Positions 46,620-57,730 of a DNA stretch of 64,000 bases are shown here, in pieces. Location of the stretch: contig OZ025673.1 of assembly GCA_964019335.1 (NCBI GenBank), positions 558,001 through 622,000 of the forward strand, written 5' to 3'. Within the stretch, counting starts at the first letter, position 1, and every line of letters begins with the position of its first letter. A model generated the notes under the pieces. It was not told where the DNA came from. It made no database searches and was given only the letters and a program-made list of their open reading frames with translations. The position numbers were made by a program, and so were the translations under genes. The stretch comes from Diplonema japonicum. Taxonomy: Eukaryota > Protista > Euglenozoa: Diplonemea.

Positions 46620-46831
46620 GGATTGCTTCCGCGCCCCATCGGGGCTTCTGATAACCTGTTCTTTCTCCGTCTTCCTTTTAATTTCTTGTATCGTACAGCT
46701 AGTACGTCATGTTAGGCAGTCGCCACCACCTTATGTAAGTAATGCGAGCGAGTAAGTCAATAAGGTTGGCAAATGCATGCCAAGACAGTCGTGTTTCTTT
46801 TTTTTTTTTTTTTTTGTACTACTTATTAAAA

Positions 46832-47818
46832 CTAAATTCTAATGCTCGGAGAGAGCTGCTTACCGTCTGTTGGTGTGTCTTGGTACTGGTGGCGGGGAGA
46901 GGAGGCAGTGGCGGTGGCAGCTGCGGTTTCTGCACGCTTGAGCTGAGTGTACCATATGACACCCAGCATGGCAGTAATCATGCCCGAGAGGTTCTTGGTA
47001 TTAATGGAAGTGTCGAAGAAGAGGAAGCCGCAGGCCAGAACACCAAGTGTCTTTGTGTGGCCGATGACTTGATAAGTAACCGGTGATGTCTTGCCGATGA
47101 TGACGTACACTGTAAACTGGATGACGAGAGCAAGCATGCCAGAGACACCTATCACAGCACATCTCTCGGGGGTCCACTTGTAGTTGTACAGCTTGGTCAC
47201 ATTGTCAAAGAGGGGAATCAGCATTGTGAAGAGCACAGAAGCGATAGGCGCAGTGAAGTATAGTGACTGCATGCTGTTCAAGCCCTTAGTGAGGTCCTTC
47301 ACACTGATCTGGTAGCCTGCTGTGGCAACAGTCGCGATGGCACCGTAGGTAATACCCATTAGATTGAAGGTAACATCATTTGTGGTTGTGAGCCCGACAC
47401 CCATCAACAAAACTGCAAGCGAAGCCAGCACAGGGAAAGAATACCGGATGCTTCTTAAATAATACTCAAGCACGCACATTACGGGGATGTTAGCCAGTTT
47501 GAGGATCTGGTAAGACCCAACACTATTGTAAAGCAGTGACATGTTCACAAACATGACACTTGCAACGTGCAGGGCAGCATTGCTCCCGAGCATTGCCGCA
47601 GAGGGTCGTGTTTCCTTGTCCCCTAGATCGAACCCGGTGCACAGTTGCCACGCCCACACACCCACCGTCACAATCAGGAAATGTATCGCCATCAGTGTAT
47701 TGGGAAAGTCGAAAGCGTACTGCGTGAAGATCTTCTTGTTTAAGATCACGATGCCGATAACGCTGCCTATGTTCAATAGTAACACCAGACTTGTTTTTAA
47801 AGCAGTCAGAAACGCCAT
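46832..47818 (-). CDS. Nucleotide-sugar/TPT-family transporter (SLC35E3-like)
   Basis: IVILNK, NMSLLYNSVGSYQILKL, SPVTYQVIGHTKT; about 10 TM helices. Likely start MAFLT at 47818 after a CACAG acceptor. Confidence 0.85.
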   Translation of the reverse strand: MAFLTALKTSLVLLLNIGSVIGIVILNKKIFTQYAFDFPNTLMAIHFLIVTVGVWAWQLCTGFDLGDKETRPSAAMLGSNAALHVASVMFVNMSLLYNSVGSYQILKLANIPVMCVLEYYLRSIRYSFPVLASLAVLLMGVGLTTTNDVTFNLMGITYGAIATVATAGYQISVKDLTKGLNSMQSLYFTAPIASVLFTMLIPLFDNVTKLYNYKWTPERCAVIGVSGMLALVIQFTVYVIIGKTSPVTYQVIGHTKTLGVLACGFLFFDTSINTKNLSGMITAMLGVIWYTQLKRAETAAATATASSPRHQYQDTPTDGKQLSPSIRI

Positions 47819-47895
47819 GTTCCCCTTGGACCCCCCCCCTGCTGTGCGTGTTGCCATTTACAAATAATCAGAATAGTACATTGCATGCAGCACAT

Positions 47896-48642
47896 CTAAA
47901 GGGTATCGGGTATTCGCCACTGCTTTTTACCATCTTTTCGACGATAGTAAAACACGTCTCCGTTAGGTGTGGTGATCTCCTCCCAGCCTAAGGGGACAGA
48001 GGGGGTGTATGTGTCAGAGGGCTCGGGACCATAGTGGGCAATGAGCTTTGAGAACAGCAGCGGTTCCTTCTTGTTCCACAAGGACAGGATGCGTGTAACG
48101 TAAGGTAGGTCGCTAGGTTTGTATTTGTGTAGGATGGATCGCAGCCTCTGTGAGTGATAAGCACTGGGCCTCCCAGAACGCTGCACTGTCTGTGGAGGTG
48201 GTTCGTAGATCGTGGGTATGTCCTCGGCTAGCTTGGCGCCGGTGGTAGCCTCATGCCAGATTTTATTGGCGAGTGGTTTTGCCTGCATGGCCAGCACAGC
48301 GTCTGCTCGGTGCCTCTCGTCGATCACATCCTGCACGACCATGCCCCGCTCCTTTAGACCCCTTCGCTCCGCATGGCTCAGTGCGCTCATATGCGGGACA
48401 CGCTTCCTCTTGCTTAGTCCACTTTGGTATTCCATCCCCTGCGGCAGCCCGCCAAGAAACACGGTGCTATCATTAACTACGGGGAGTGACGGCTCACTAT
48501 TGTGACTGCTGTGTGTAGGCACCGACAAGGGGGCTGCTGGGGGCGGTGGTGGTATGCTGCTTGCGAAGCTAAGTGCGGGTGTCGCCGTCCCCGGCAGGCT
48601 GCTCATGTAAGGCACATCAGGGAGAGAAGAGAACTCAGACAT
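47896..48642 (-). CDS. YGPEP-motif + WW-domain protein
   Basis: RL..ILHKYKP...LFSKLIAHYGPEP followed by the WW domain PLGWEEITTPNGDVFYY...QWRIP. Confidence 0.7.
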   Translation of the reverse strand: MSEFSSLPDVPYMSSLPGTATPALSFASSIPPPPPAAPLSVPTHSSHNSEPSLPVVNDSTVFLGGLPQGMEYQSGLSKRKRVPHMSALSHAERRGLKERGMVVQDVIDERHRADAVLAMQAKPLANKIWHEATTGAKLAEDIPTIYEPPPQTVQRSGRPSAYHSQRLRSILHKYKPSDLPYVTRILSLWNKKEPLLFSKLIAHYGPEPSDTYTPSVPLGWEEITTPNGDVFYYRRKDGKKQWRIPDTL

Positions 48643-48763
48643 CCCCGCCACGCCCTGCAGGCTTGACAAACGAACAACACTTAACAACAGGTAAAAATAA
48701 CTCTTTAGAAAAAGAAAAGAAAAGAGGAAACGAAGAAAAAAGAAACACTTTTCTTTTTTTTTT

Positions 48764-49771
48764 TTATGTTGCATGGAACCCTCCATGCCGCTTCGAGTAC
48801 AGATCTGCGTGGTAGTTCTTTTTGTTCCAGTTGACCGAAGTCAGCCCTGCGAGCTCGATGGTGTGCACAAGGTTCTTGCACTCGTATCGGGAGATAGGGC
48901 GTTCCTCGCCCTCCTTAGGTGTGTACTGGCGGGACTTCGTGGTGCGGTAGTGGCACTCAAGGAGCAGTTCGTCAACATGGGTAATCAGCGAGGTGTGCAG
49001 CAGGTGGTGTAAAACGGCAAACTCGGCGAACTCTATGTCCATCTTGAGGACCACGAAGTCGGAGGGGTCAGTGTTAGTACGCAGCCATTCAGGGAAGTTG
49101 ATAGAGGGCACCGTCTGCAGTCCCGTCGTTTTATGAGTTTTCTTAATGTTGGCCACAATGGAGGACCCCACATCGGCGTCTGAGAGCTCTGTAGTGGCAT
49201 TCGCAATGCTGACAGCGAAGGGCAAGTACCGCACATCGGGGCGAGCAACGTAAAAGTCTTGGAACTTCGGGTTGGGCTCAAAACAGTACTTATCAAAGCT
49301 TCTCCCATTGGGGTACTTCGTTTCGAAGGCCATGGTGGCGTCGAGACTCCGCGACCCGAGGTCGATCCAAACACGTCTTGCAGCCTTCCGCCCTAATTGC
49401 TTGTCGCCCTGCCGTGTCTTCTCCCACACGTGGCAGTCCTGAAGCTGTTCTGCCTTTATCTTTAATGCCTCAAAGTGATCTCTTAAGCTCTCTATAGGAA
49501 ACGTCACCAGCGTGCTCGCAAGAATCTTCCCTTTGCGGATAATCTCCTCGCAGCTATCCTTCACAGGCGGTGCGCGTGCGGGAGGCATAGGCATGGAGGA
49601 TGGTATTGGTTGCGTGCTCACGGGTTCTGAGGTTCTTCGTTTCTCTCTCTCTTCAAGCTTCGTATTTACAGTGGTTTCGCCTTCACTGCTCAACCACACC
49701 CACAGCATCCATATCACCACGCACCAGACAGGAACGCCATACAGGCACCAGCCCTTGACTACGCCCTTCAT
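48764..49771 (-). CDS. FkbM-family SAM methyltransferase with N-terminal signal-anchor
   Basis: WIDLGS, CFEPNP, VVLKMDIEFAEF and DELLLECH; N-terminal TM helix plus stem. Confidence 0.75.
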   Translation of the reverse strand: MKGVVKGWCLYGVPVWCVVIWMLWVWLSSEGETTVNTKLEEREKRRTSEPVSTQPIPSSMPMPPARAPPVKDSCEEIIRKGKILASTLVTFPIESLRDHFEALKIKAEQLQDCHVWEKTRQGDKQLGRKAARRVWIDLGSRSLDATMAFETKYPNGRSFDKYCFEPNPKFQDFYVARPDVRYLPFAVSIANATTELSDADVGSSIVANIKKTHKTTGLQTVPSINFPEWLRTNTDPSDFVVLKMDIEFAEFAVLHHLLHTSLITHVDELLLECHYRTTKSRQYTPKEGEERPISRYECKNLVHTIELAGLTSVNWNKKNYHADLYSKRHGGFHAT

Positions 49772-50020
49772 GTTGCTAGCATGCCTGGTAGGGGTGTGTC
49801 TATGACAGGACGGGTTCTACAAGAATAAAACATTAGGGGACAAGGAAAAAAAAATATGTAAAACAAAAAATAAAAAGAGAAAAAAAAAAGACTACAACAC
49901 AGTCTGCAGCCTGGTGGGCAAATTTCGGATTCAGCGATTTTGTTTGCTCAAAAAAGAAGAAAGGAAAAAAAAAAGCTCTGTGTGGGCATGGCATCGTCTT
50001 AGCACACATTTTGTCCTTAC

Positions 50021-50134
50021 CTTCCATATTCGCTAAGTGACCTGCCCTATGTCCCAAAGGGGTTATAGGGGGCTATAGGGGAAAAAATGTCAAAAATGCC
50101 CAAAGGTTGGTCGGTCACTTAGCGAATATGGAAG
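50021..50134. mobile_element. Putative MITE-like element with 22-bp perfect terminal inverted repeats
   Basis: cttccatattcgctaagtgacc (50021-50042) and ggtcacttagcgaatatggaag (50113-50134) with a 70-bp spacer; TTA lies one base outside each arm. Confidence 0.5.
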
Positions 50135-50567
50135 ATTAAAAAATAGGGGGAGGGGGGGCAAATAAAATATCGAGGGAGAAACCAACCAAGAGTCTTGCGA
50201 CGTTTTGCTTTTTCTTTTTCTTTTTTTTTTGGAGGGGGCGGGGATAGAAGCATGGCTAGCCAATATACAGGAACGTGCTGTGGGGACACGTCACTAGCTT
50301 CTATCTCGGGGGACCGGTGCTGTGTTTCTATCAGCAGGGTGGGCGTTGCCTCTGGATGGAATAAAGTCAAAATACAGGCGGCAACAACAAGAAAGAGACA
50401 GATAAAAAAGTACGCTGTGTCCGCGTGCCTCCCCTGAAAAAAACATGACACGACAGCCAATCTAAGGGGGAAGAAAAAGAAGAAAAAGTGAACCCAAATA
50501 AAATAAACAAGTGACAAGGAAGGACAGCTAGGCTAGTGGCTTCCATTCAGTCGTCGCTTTACAAACT

Positions 50568-53500
50568 CTAACGGAACTTGTACCTCACAGATGGTACGTC
50601 GGCAGATTCACCATCATAGTCCGCGCAGACCTCGATGGGGAGGTATTTCATGTTTGCGGGGATGGGCTTCTTGGAGATCCTCTCAACGAGCTGTGAAACT
50701 TTCGTCTTGAGGCGCTCCCTCTTCTCGGATTGCTTCTGGAAGAATGTGTAGATCACAGAAGTGCCCGCCGAAATCTGTTGTGAAAATAAAATAAAATCTT
50801 TTTTATTACACACACCATCGAGATTTCGAGCTCATGCTTCTCCTCAAACCAGTCAATGAACTCCTGCAGTGTGATGTCTCTCCCCTCGTCGACGTCGAAC
50901 CTGTCCCACAGGGTCCAGGTCTTAGGCTTGTCTGCAGGGCCGTACTTTACTTCTGCCGGCGTTGCGGGGTCACTCGCGATCAAGAACGGTATCGCGAGGT
51001 TCAAGAACGAGTTGTTGAAGTCTTCGAGCTTCTTGTTCTGCTGCATCACCTTCAGGAACTCCAGGTTCACAAGCCCCGTCACCAAAGCCGTCGTCGTCAC
51101 CATGGCAGGGATGATCTGATGGTGTACCATGTGTGTTGCCCTGTGCATACCTTCCCAGCAATGCCCTTTGTTTTGTTCTTATCCGCCTCGGGGATCTTGT
51201 AATTCCTCGCCCTGAGGTTGGAGCATGCCGTGACGAAGTCCATGTGGTGGTTGGTGTCGTCGTCCTTCTCGAACTCTACCTCCACCATCTTGAAGGAGCT
51301 AAGGGTCTCGGGCTTCGGCAGCAACGCGATGATCTCTTCGTGCGAGATGCTGTCGTCAACGACGGCCGTCACCTTTTCGTTCTCCTCTGTCTGGATCTTG
51401 ACCTTCTTGGGCACCCACGGCAATGGGGGGCACGCTGCGGCGAACTTCACAGTCTGCAAAACATGACTGACCTCCCCACTTATCATACCTCTTCAGGGTT
51501 CATGCTGATGGTGATGCTGTACAGCGATGCGAACATAGCCGCTGTGGCTTCTACGAACAGTGCATGCATTTCATCACTGGGATCGAACTGTGTTTGTATT
51601 GTGTTGTCAAGGTATGCTGTACCTCAAGAGGCTGGGGGGGACGCTTGGCACCGCTCCAGAAGGGCTCACCACTGTTGGTGATGGTGTCGAGGGGGAAGTT
51701 GTGCAGCAGAGTTTTAATCTCATTACTGAACAGCGCATCGAACCTAATGCGTGCCCACTTCACACAGTCCTCGTACGTCTTGGGCTTTTCAGTAACTAAA
51801 GCACCACGGATAGCCTGCAACGTGGTGATTCTGGAGCTAGGCTCCTTGTCCAGCTGCACAAGGAAGCCCTTGTCGTGGACGTAGCCGTTGACCTCACGGG
51901 GCACTTGGCTGAAGAACCCTTCGAATGAGTCACGTGCCCATTGAATAGTGTGTTCGATAGCATTAGGGAAGTTCTTCAGCGTGCAGATGGGGATAGACTT
52001 CTCGGGGGGGTCGTGGCTGCTGCCGTAAGACTCTGTCACGTACGGGACAACGACTTGCACGTTTCCTTTGGAACCGAGGGTCCCGCTCTCGAGAAGCGGC
52101 TTCCTGTGACCCACGCACTTCGAGTCAACGTACTGTCTTGCGATGACATTGTCGAGGGCGTTGGTGACGCAGTCTAGCGATTCCCAAAAAGCGTCGTCGA
52201 AGATGTGCTCTGTCGTCGGTGCCACTTTCTCCGTTAAGTACGTGATGTTCATGTCAGGGTTCATGACTCTGGCAGCCTCCGCTGCGCACTTTGACTTCAG
52301 CTCGCCAATGTCTTTCGGCCTGAACAGGAACTGCCTGCTGAGGTTGCTCTTCTCAATGCCGTCCATGTCAGTAACTACAACGCTGCCTTCATCGCCGCAC
52401 CCAACACCCAGCATGGCGTAGTTCTTGAGGAACTCGCAACCCAACGCACCGCTGCCTACGACGAACACCTTTGAATTGTGCAACTTCTCTTGGAAAGCTT
52501 TTCCGAAGATGGCGATCAATCCGTCGTACCTGCTGTTCTGCGGTTGACAGCACTCTGCAGAGGGCGATGGCGACAAGAGACACTCTCTTGCCTCATAGTA
52601 GAACCACTGCTTGATTGGGGTGAACTTCCCACTTGATGCCTTCAGTACTTCATGGGCGGCGAGACCACCCAACATCGCTGCCATGGGACCGAGGTTGCCT
52701 TTGGAAACGGCAGCAAGCTCTCGGACAAGGTCGCGGTCAAGAGAGAGGTCGGGGAATTTCTTGTGTTGTTCAGCAGCAAGATTGACTACCTCGTCAGCGT
52801 GGTCCGGGTCGTGGGGTGCGGGGAGGTGCCCATGGATGCGTTCGAACTCGTGCAGCGCAAGGAACAGGAGGTGCATGCATCCAGGGGTGTCCATCTTAGC
52901 GAAGTCTAAGTTGAGGAATTCCGGCTCCCTGATGGAGTGCTCAAGGGACTTGAATGGCATAGTCACCGGCTGCCTGATCCTCTTCACGTAACCACCTCGA
53001 ACATAGCCTAACTTTGAAGTGTCAACATCCTCCTGTATATGTTTGTGTTTTATTTGCTGCTGTTAAGCATACCCCATTCTTCCTCAGCTTGAAGCTGTAG
53101 GGCCCCGTCACGACCACCTCAAAGGTGATGGGATTGGCCACGTCAAACGAGTCGTTGTGCAGCGCAGGAAACTCTTGCAGATCGGTGAACATAACCGTGT
53201 CGCCGTCACTCAGCTCGTGGCGCTCGTCCTCATGGACGGTGACCTCCTTCCCGATGTTGATGACAAGGAGGGTCCTGATTTCCTCACCATCAGTGTCGTA
53301 CACGATGTGCGCAGGGCCGTTGTCAACGAAGATGCATCCCGAGACACCTCGTGACTCTGCCGCGACGAACTTGATGCCGCTGTTCCTGCACGTCTCATTC
53401 ATGTTCTTGAGGTGTGTGGTCGGCTTGTCGACATACACCACCACCTGATGCGACTCGGGGTGCTTCTCAAGAGACGCTGCACGCCACTCTAAAAGGTCCT

Positions 53501-53852
53501 CCGGCTTCAAATCCTCTTTCGGGAGTTTCGTCACAGAACAGTACTTGTTCAGCTCTTGCAACTGAGCAATGCACGAATCCACCTTGTTGGCGCCGATATT
53601 CTCCTTCGCATAGTAGAAGGCGGCCGACAAGTCGTTCCATTCAACAGAAGACGTGTCGTGCAGCGTGACGGATCGCACGCCTGTTAAAATGATGTTCTTC
53701 GCAATCTCCATCCCCAACCCTGTCATTCCACAGATGAGCACATCCGTCCTGCTCAAACGCGTCTGCGCCTCTGCCCCAATGGCATATGTCTGGCGGTTGT
53801 ACAGCTGTTCGTCAAAAGCCGTCTCCTGCCCGTCAACTTCCATCGCAGTCAT
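50568..53852 (-). CDS. UBA1: Ubiquitin-activating enzyme E1, 6 exons
   Basis: LYNRQ, VGSGALGCE, IEKSNLSRQFLFR, catalytic IPICTLKNFP, FEKDDDTNHH, IIPAMVTTTA. Introns 53033-53072, 51588-51622, 51454-51488, 51116-51150, 50775-50815. Confidence 0.96.
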
Positions 53853-53942
53853 TTCCTGTTTTGCCTTGTCGTGCCGCTGAAAAAAAGAATAAATAAAAAA
53901 AAAGCAAAGTGAGTCCTTTGAGGACAACGTCAACACGATAGT

Positions 53943-55007
53943 CTACCAAGCTTCACGAGAAGCCCAAACCAACTTTAGTTTTTCACTTCCCTTCACTGCA
54001 TTTTTTACCTTCTGGTGAGACAAGCCCTTTACTTGCAGCAGGTCGAGCACCCATTGCAGCCTCTCTTCCACATCATGTACCTCTATGACAACTGACTTGA
54101 TGAGCGAGAAGTGCTCGTTGCTTATCCCTCGCAGTGCAGGGCCTTCTGAGCCTTCAACGTCCAGTTTCAGGAGGCTTATGTACGGGATCTTGTGCGTTGT
54201 GATGATCTGTGTGTCAGTGTGCGTATTAAAATTTGATACCTCTGATAATGTGCGAACTTCGCACTGCACCTCCTCTGCGGCCTGCGATCGGAACTGCTTG
54301 TGAACGTCACCTGTCTGCAGCGACTGCAGGGACTCATCGTTCCTGATGACGGCCTCTGCTTCAGCACGCGTAAGACCGTCTTGCGGTCTGCAGGTTGCCG
54401 TGTGCGATGAGCCTCTGCAAATGCTGAACGTCGCAAAACCAGGATCGTCACTCAACCCGCAAGGCAGCACCCGAGGTCGTGTCTCAACAGGGTACCTCTC
54501 AAGGTTGAGACGCAGAACGGTGCATGTAAAGGGCACAGGCTCGATGCAGTACAAGATGGGCGTATGCCCCTTCGACATGACAGTACTGGCGAAAACGCCG
54601 ATGTTAGCACCAGCATCCACTACAATACTGTCGCTGCCGCATGCATCGCGTGCCGTCATTGCCTCGCTGAAGTAGTCATTTACCTGTGACGCTTGCAGTG
54701 CTTTGGCATTCGGTCGGTCTTCGTAAAAGGTTTCGCCGTCATCCTGCAGCCTCAAAGTGACCTTGCCTACCAGCGGAACAGGCTCGTACCAGTGCTCGAT
54801 CACCATCGTATCGCTCTCCTCCTTCGCTTGTTTCTCGAATATCTCGCCTAACCCATCAAACGATCCACCTGGACACTTCTTCCTCTCGTAATGGGGTGTG
54901 CCCTCTATCATCTTCAGTGTGTGAACCTTCCCCTCAGTAGTCACGTGGGTTTTCAATGCGTGCAGGCTGCTTGCACGCACCTGCCTCAGCCGCCAGAGGC
55001 CCTTCAT
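53943..55007 (-). CDS. FkbM-family SAM methyltransferase, possible mitochondrial presequence
   Basis: VVDAGANIGVF, IEPVP, LLKLDVEGSE, VIEVHD; in-frame intron 54207-54239. Confidence 0.8.
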   Translation of the reverse strand: MKGLWRLRQVRASSLHALKTHVTTEGKVHTLKMIEGTPHYERKKCPGGSFDGLGEIFEKQAKEESDTMVIEHWYEPVPLVGKVTLRLQDDGETFYEDRPNAKALQASQVNDYFSEAMTARDACGSDSIVVDAGANIGVFASTVMSKGHTPILYCIEPVPFTCTVLRLNLERYPVETRPRVLPCGLSDDPGFATFSICRGSSHTATCRPQDGLTRAEAEAVIRNDESLQSLQTGDVHKQFRSQAAEEVQCEVRTLSEVSNFNTHTDTQIITTHKIPYISLLKLDVEGSEGPALRGISNEHFSLIKSVVIEVHDVEERLQWVLDLLQVKGLSHQKVKNAVKGSEKLKLVWASREAW

Positions 55008-55061
55008 TTTCCCCTCGCCTCCTGTAAGAATGATGCAGAGAGCACGTTAAATAACAATTAC

Positions 55062-55706
55062 CTACAACTCAACAGTGTGGCGTTTTTCGGGGCGTTCTCG
55101 GCATCCCCGAGCAGCTAGATCCTTCAGCATGGCTTCCTTGGCAGCGGTGGCCTCGGCGATCTGGTTCTGCAGTGCTCTGTGCTTCTCCGCAAGTGGTACA
55201 CAGTGGTCCCAGTGAAGGTCCCCATTCAGAACTTGTTCGAGAAGCTGGCATTGCGCAGTGACGTTGCGGAGCTTTGTTTCATTCTCGAGGCGACGCTGCC
55301 GTATGGCAGTTGCTTCGGTAGGTGTAATGCTGAGGAGCTGGGGGGCCTGTGGGGGTGGGATAGGGACTGTGGGGGATTCTCGTACAGGTTTCCGTCTTCG
55401 GACACTCTGCTGGTGCCAAGAATCTTGCACCACCCGGATCGCCTGCACCTTGGCCTCGAGAAGGGCTTTTTTTCGTACCAACAGCGACTGCGTGGCCTGT
55501 GTAACTCGCATATTCTCTCTTTCCTCCTCTCCCCTCCGCTCTTGCACCTGTGCCTCGATGTCGCACAACTCCATTCGCTGCATTTCTATTTTTTCCTGTA
55601 GTCGCTGGTCCTTCTGAGTCACCTTCTCCAGTTTCACAACAGCTTCTTCATAAGCATCAAGTGCCTCTCGTCGTGTCGATGTAATGCTCTCAAGAGCTTC
55701 ATGCAT
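55062..55706 (-). CDS. Hypothetical coiled-coil protein
   Basis: E/Q/R-rich ORF; start taken at MHEALES downstream of ACAG acceptors. Confidence 0.55.
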   Translation of the reverse strand: MHEALESITSTRREALDAYEEAVVKLEKVTQKDQRLQEKIEMQRMELCDIEAQVQERRGEEERENMRVTQATQSLLVRKKALLEAKVQAIRVVQDSWHQQSVRRRKPVRESPTVPIPPPQAPQLLSITPTEATAIRQRRLENETKLRNVTAQCQLLEQVLNGDLHWDHCVPLAEKHRALQNQIAEATAAKEAMLKDLAARGCRERPEKRHTVEL

Positions 55707-56182
55707 TGCCTGTGCGTTGCCTGTAGAAGATTGAACCAACTGAAGCGAATGGCGTGAGTGGGTTAAGGACACAAGTTGAACTAAATAAACGATCACGTCC
55801 CTTAATAACTACTGGGGATGGGGATGGCAGGAAACAACACAACGGGAGCTTCCTCTCAAGGAGAACTGAGAGGGGAAAAGAAAAGGAGAAAATAGAAAAG
55901 GGTCGTGGAATGGGATCGGGAAGGAAGGATACTATTGACAAGCGAAGGGTCGGTGGGAGGAAAAGGGGGTGGCGAAAACACACGACTTTTTTGTTTTTGT
56001 AATTGTTTAACACCCCTGCAATACACGGCAGGAGCGGGTCTTTGCATTCTATGGCGGTGCTTCTAGGGTTACTAACAGATAAAAGGGAGGAATAAATCTA
56101 AAATGTCATTTCTTATAATGACCTCTTTCTAGGGGCGGGGTAAGGGCAACGTACAAACAAAAAGATCTAAGGGGGTCACGGA

Positions 56183-57667
56183 TCAACGGAAGAGCCAAGC
56201 GTCCGCACGCCTGGCCATCGGGTCACGGGGCTCCCAAAAGTTGTCGTAGGCGACGGGAGCGGCACCGAGACCCCTAGTGCCAGCGATGGCAGATCCGCAC
56301 CTGGGCCTAGGGAGGTGCATGTTGTTCAGGTTCACTGCACGCTTCACACCACCGCTAGGAAGTCCTGCAGCAGGCCTGTTGGTGAGGTCACCCAAGATGC
56401 CCGCACCCACTCTGTCCTTGGCAATTTTCATGCTCGCAGAGCGGCCCCTGTAGTCAGGTCTGGCCTCCTCAGCAGGTGCCAGCTTGTTAGCCGCTGCCCT
56501 ACCAGACCTCATGGTAGCACACCCAGGGGTGCGGATGTAACCAGAGCTGTAGGCGTTCGGGGGCATGTTAGAGTGGATGCGGACCTCAGGGTGGCCCATG
56601 TACCTCACAACAAAAGGATGGTGTAGCACCTCGTCGGCACGCAGGCGGACGACGGGGTCCTATTGTGTGTTGTTTTTTTTTTTGCTGTACATTCACATAC
56701 GTAGTGCAGCAGACGGATAAGCAGGTCCTGCAGCTCAGCGTCGTTCACAGTCACAGGCTGCGATGTGGCAGCACCGTAGGCATTCTGCCTCAGCCTGCCG
56801 TTGATATCGAAGAACGCGTTCCTTGCCTTCGTGGAAGCTCCATCCACCATCCATGAGTTGAAGGAGCCCAACCTCCTCTCCATCTGCTGCAAGTGCTGCG
56901 AGTCACTGTCGCAATACCTTGTGCACTCGAAGACGGTACGTCCGGTAAAGACCTCATACAAGATCACACTTTGATACTTGAGTTTTATTATAATGCATAC
57001 CCAAGACTGAACATGTCTGCGGGGTAGCACCAGCCGCTGCCAATGATGACCTCAGGCGCACGGTAGGGGCGGGTCGTGATGAGCTCCTTGTCGAGCCTCT
57101 CAGTGTAGAACGAAGCACTGTAACAGTTACGTTAGTTCAGTAGCATACCTGCCAAGATCACAGATCTTCCAACCCTCACCGAGACCAGAGCTGCTGGGAT
57201 TGGGGTTCTCGAGGAGGATGTTCTAGAGTGATTGTGGTTTGTGTGATGTGCGACAAGCGTACCTCGGGTTTCAAGTCAGTGTGGACGATGCGGCATGTGT
57301 AGTGGCAGAAATCAAGAGCTGACGCCAGCTGCTTAGCGAGCCTGGCGACTTCAGCTTTGTCGCCCGACCCGAAGCGCCTGGAACGCAAAGCAGGTCCGTA
57401 CAGCTGGAAGATAATAACGGGCTGACCTTCCCATGAGAAGTGGCATTGCATTCTGCACACCCTCTGCTTGTGCTCAAGGTCGTTCTTGTTAATGGCGCTT
57501 AGCACCTCCACCTCTCTGGCCGCGTCACGTGTGTAGTCCCTCTTCAAAATCTTCATGGCTACAGCCTTGTTGGTGTGCGTGTCAATAGAGCGGTAGACGC
57601 GCGCGAAAGCACCCTTCCCAACCTCATTACCCGACCTGTACCTGCCAGCAACAAGAGAGCTGTACAT
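56183..57667 (-). CDS. CLK/LAMMER-like CMGC protein kinase, 5 exons
   Basis: GKGAFARV, AMK, HTDLKPENILL, DLG, TTRPYRAPEV and QHLQQMERRLG (EHLAMMERILG equivalent). Introns 57223-57262, 57118-57148, 56969-57000, 56660-56700. Confidence 0.87.
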
Positions 57668-57730
57668 TGTAAGTGTGTTTCTCGGATCTGCGATGGTGTT
57701 AAAAGGGTTGAAAAGTAACTAGATAAATGC

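Noticed and set aside
50058-50082. ggttataggg/ggctataggg as telomere-like repeats
   Set aside because: Only two imperfect copies inside the inverted-repeat element; not TTAGGG arrays.
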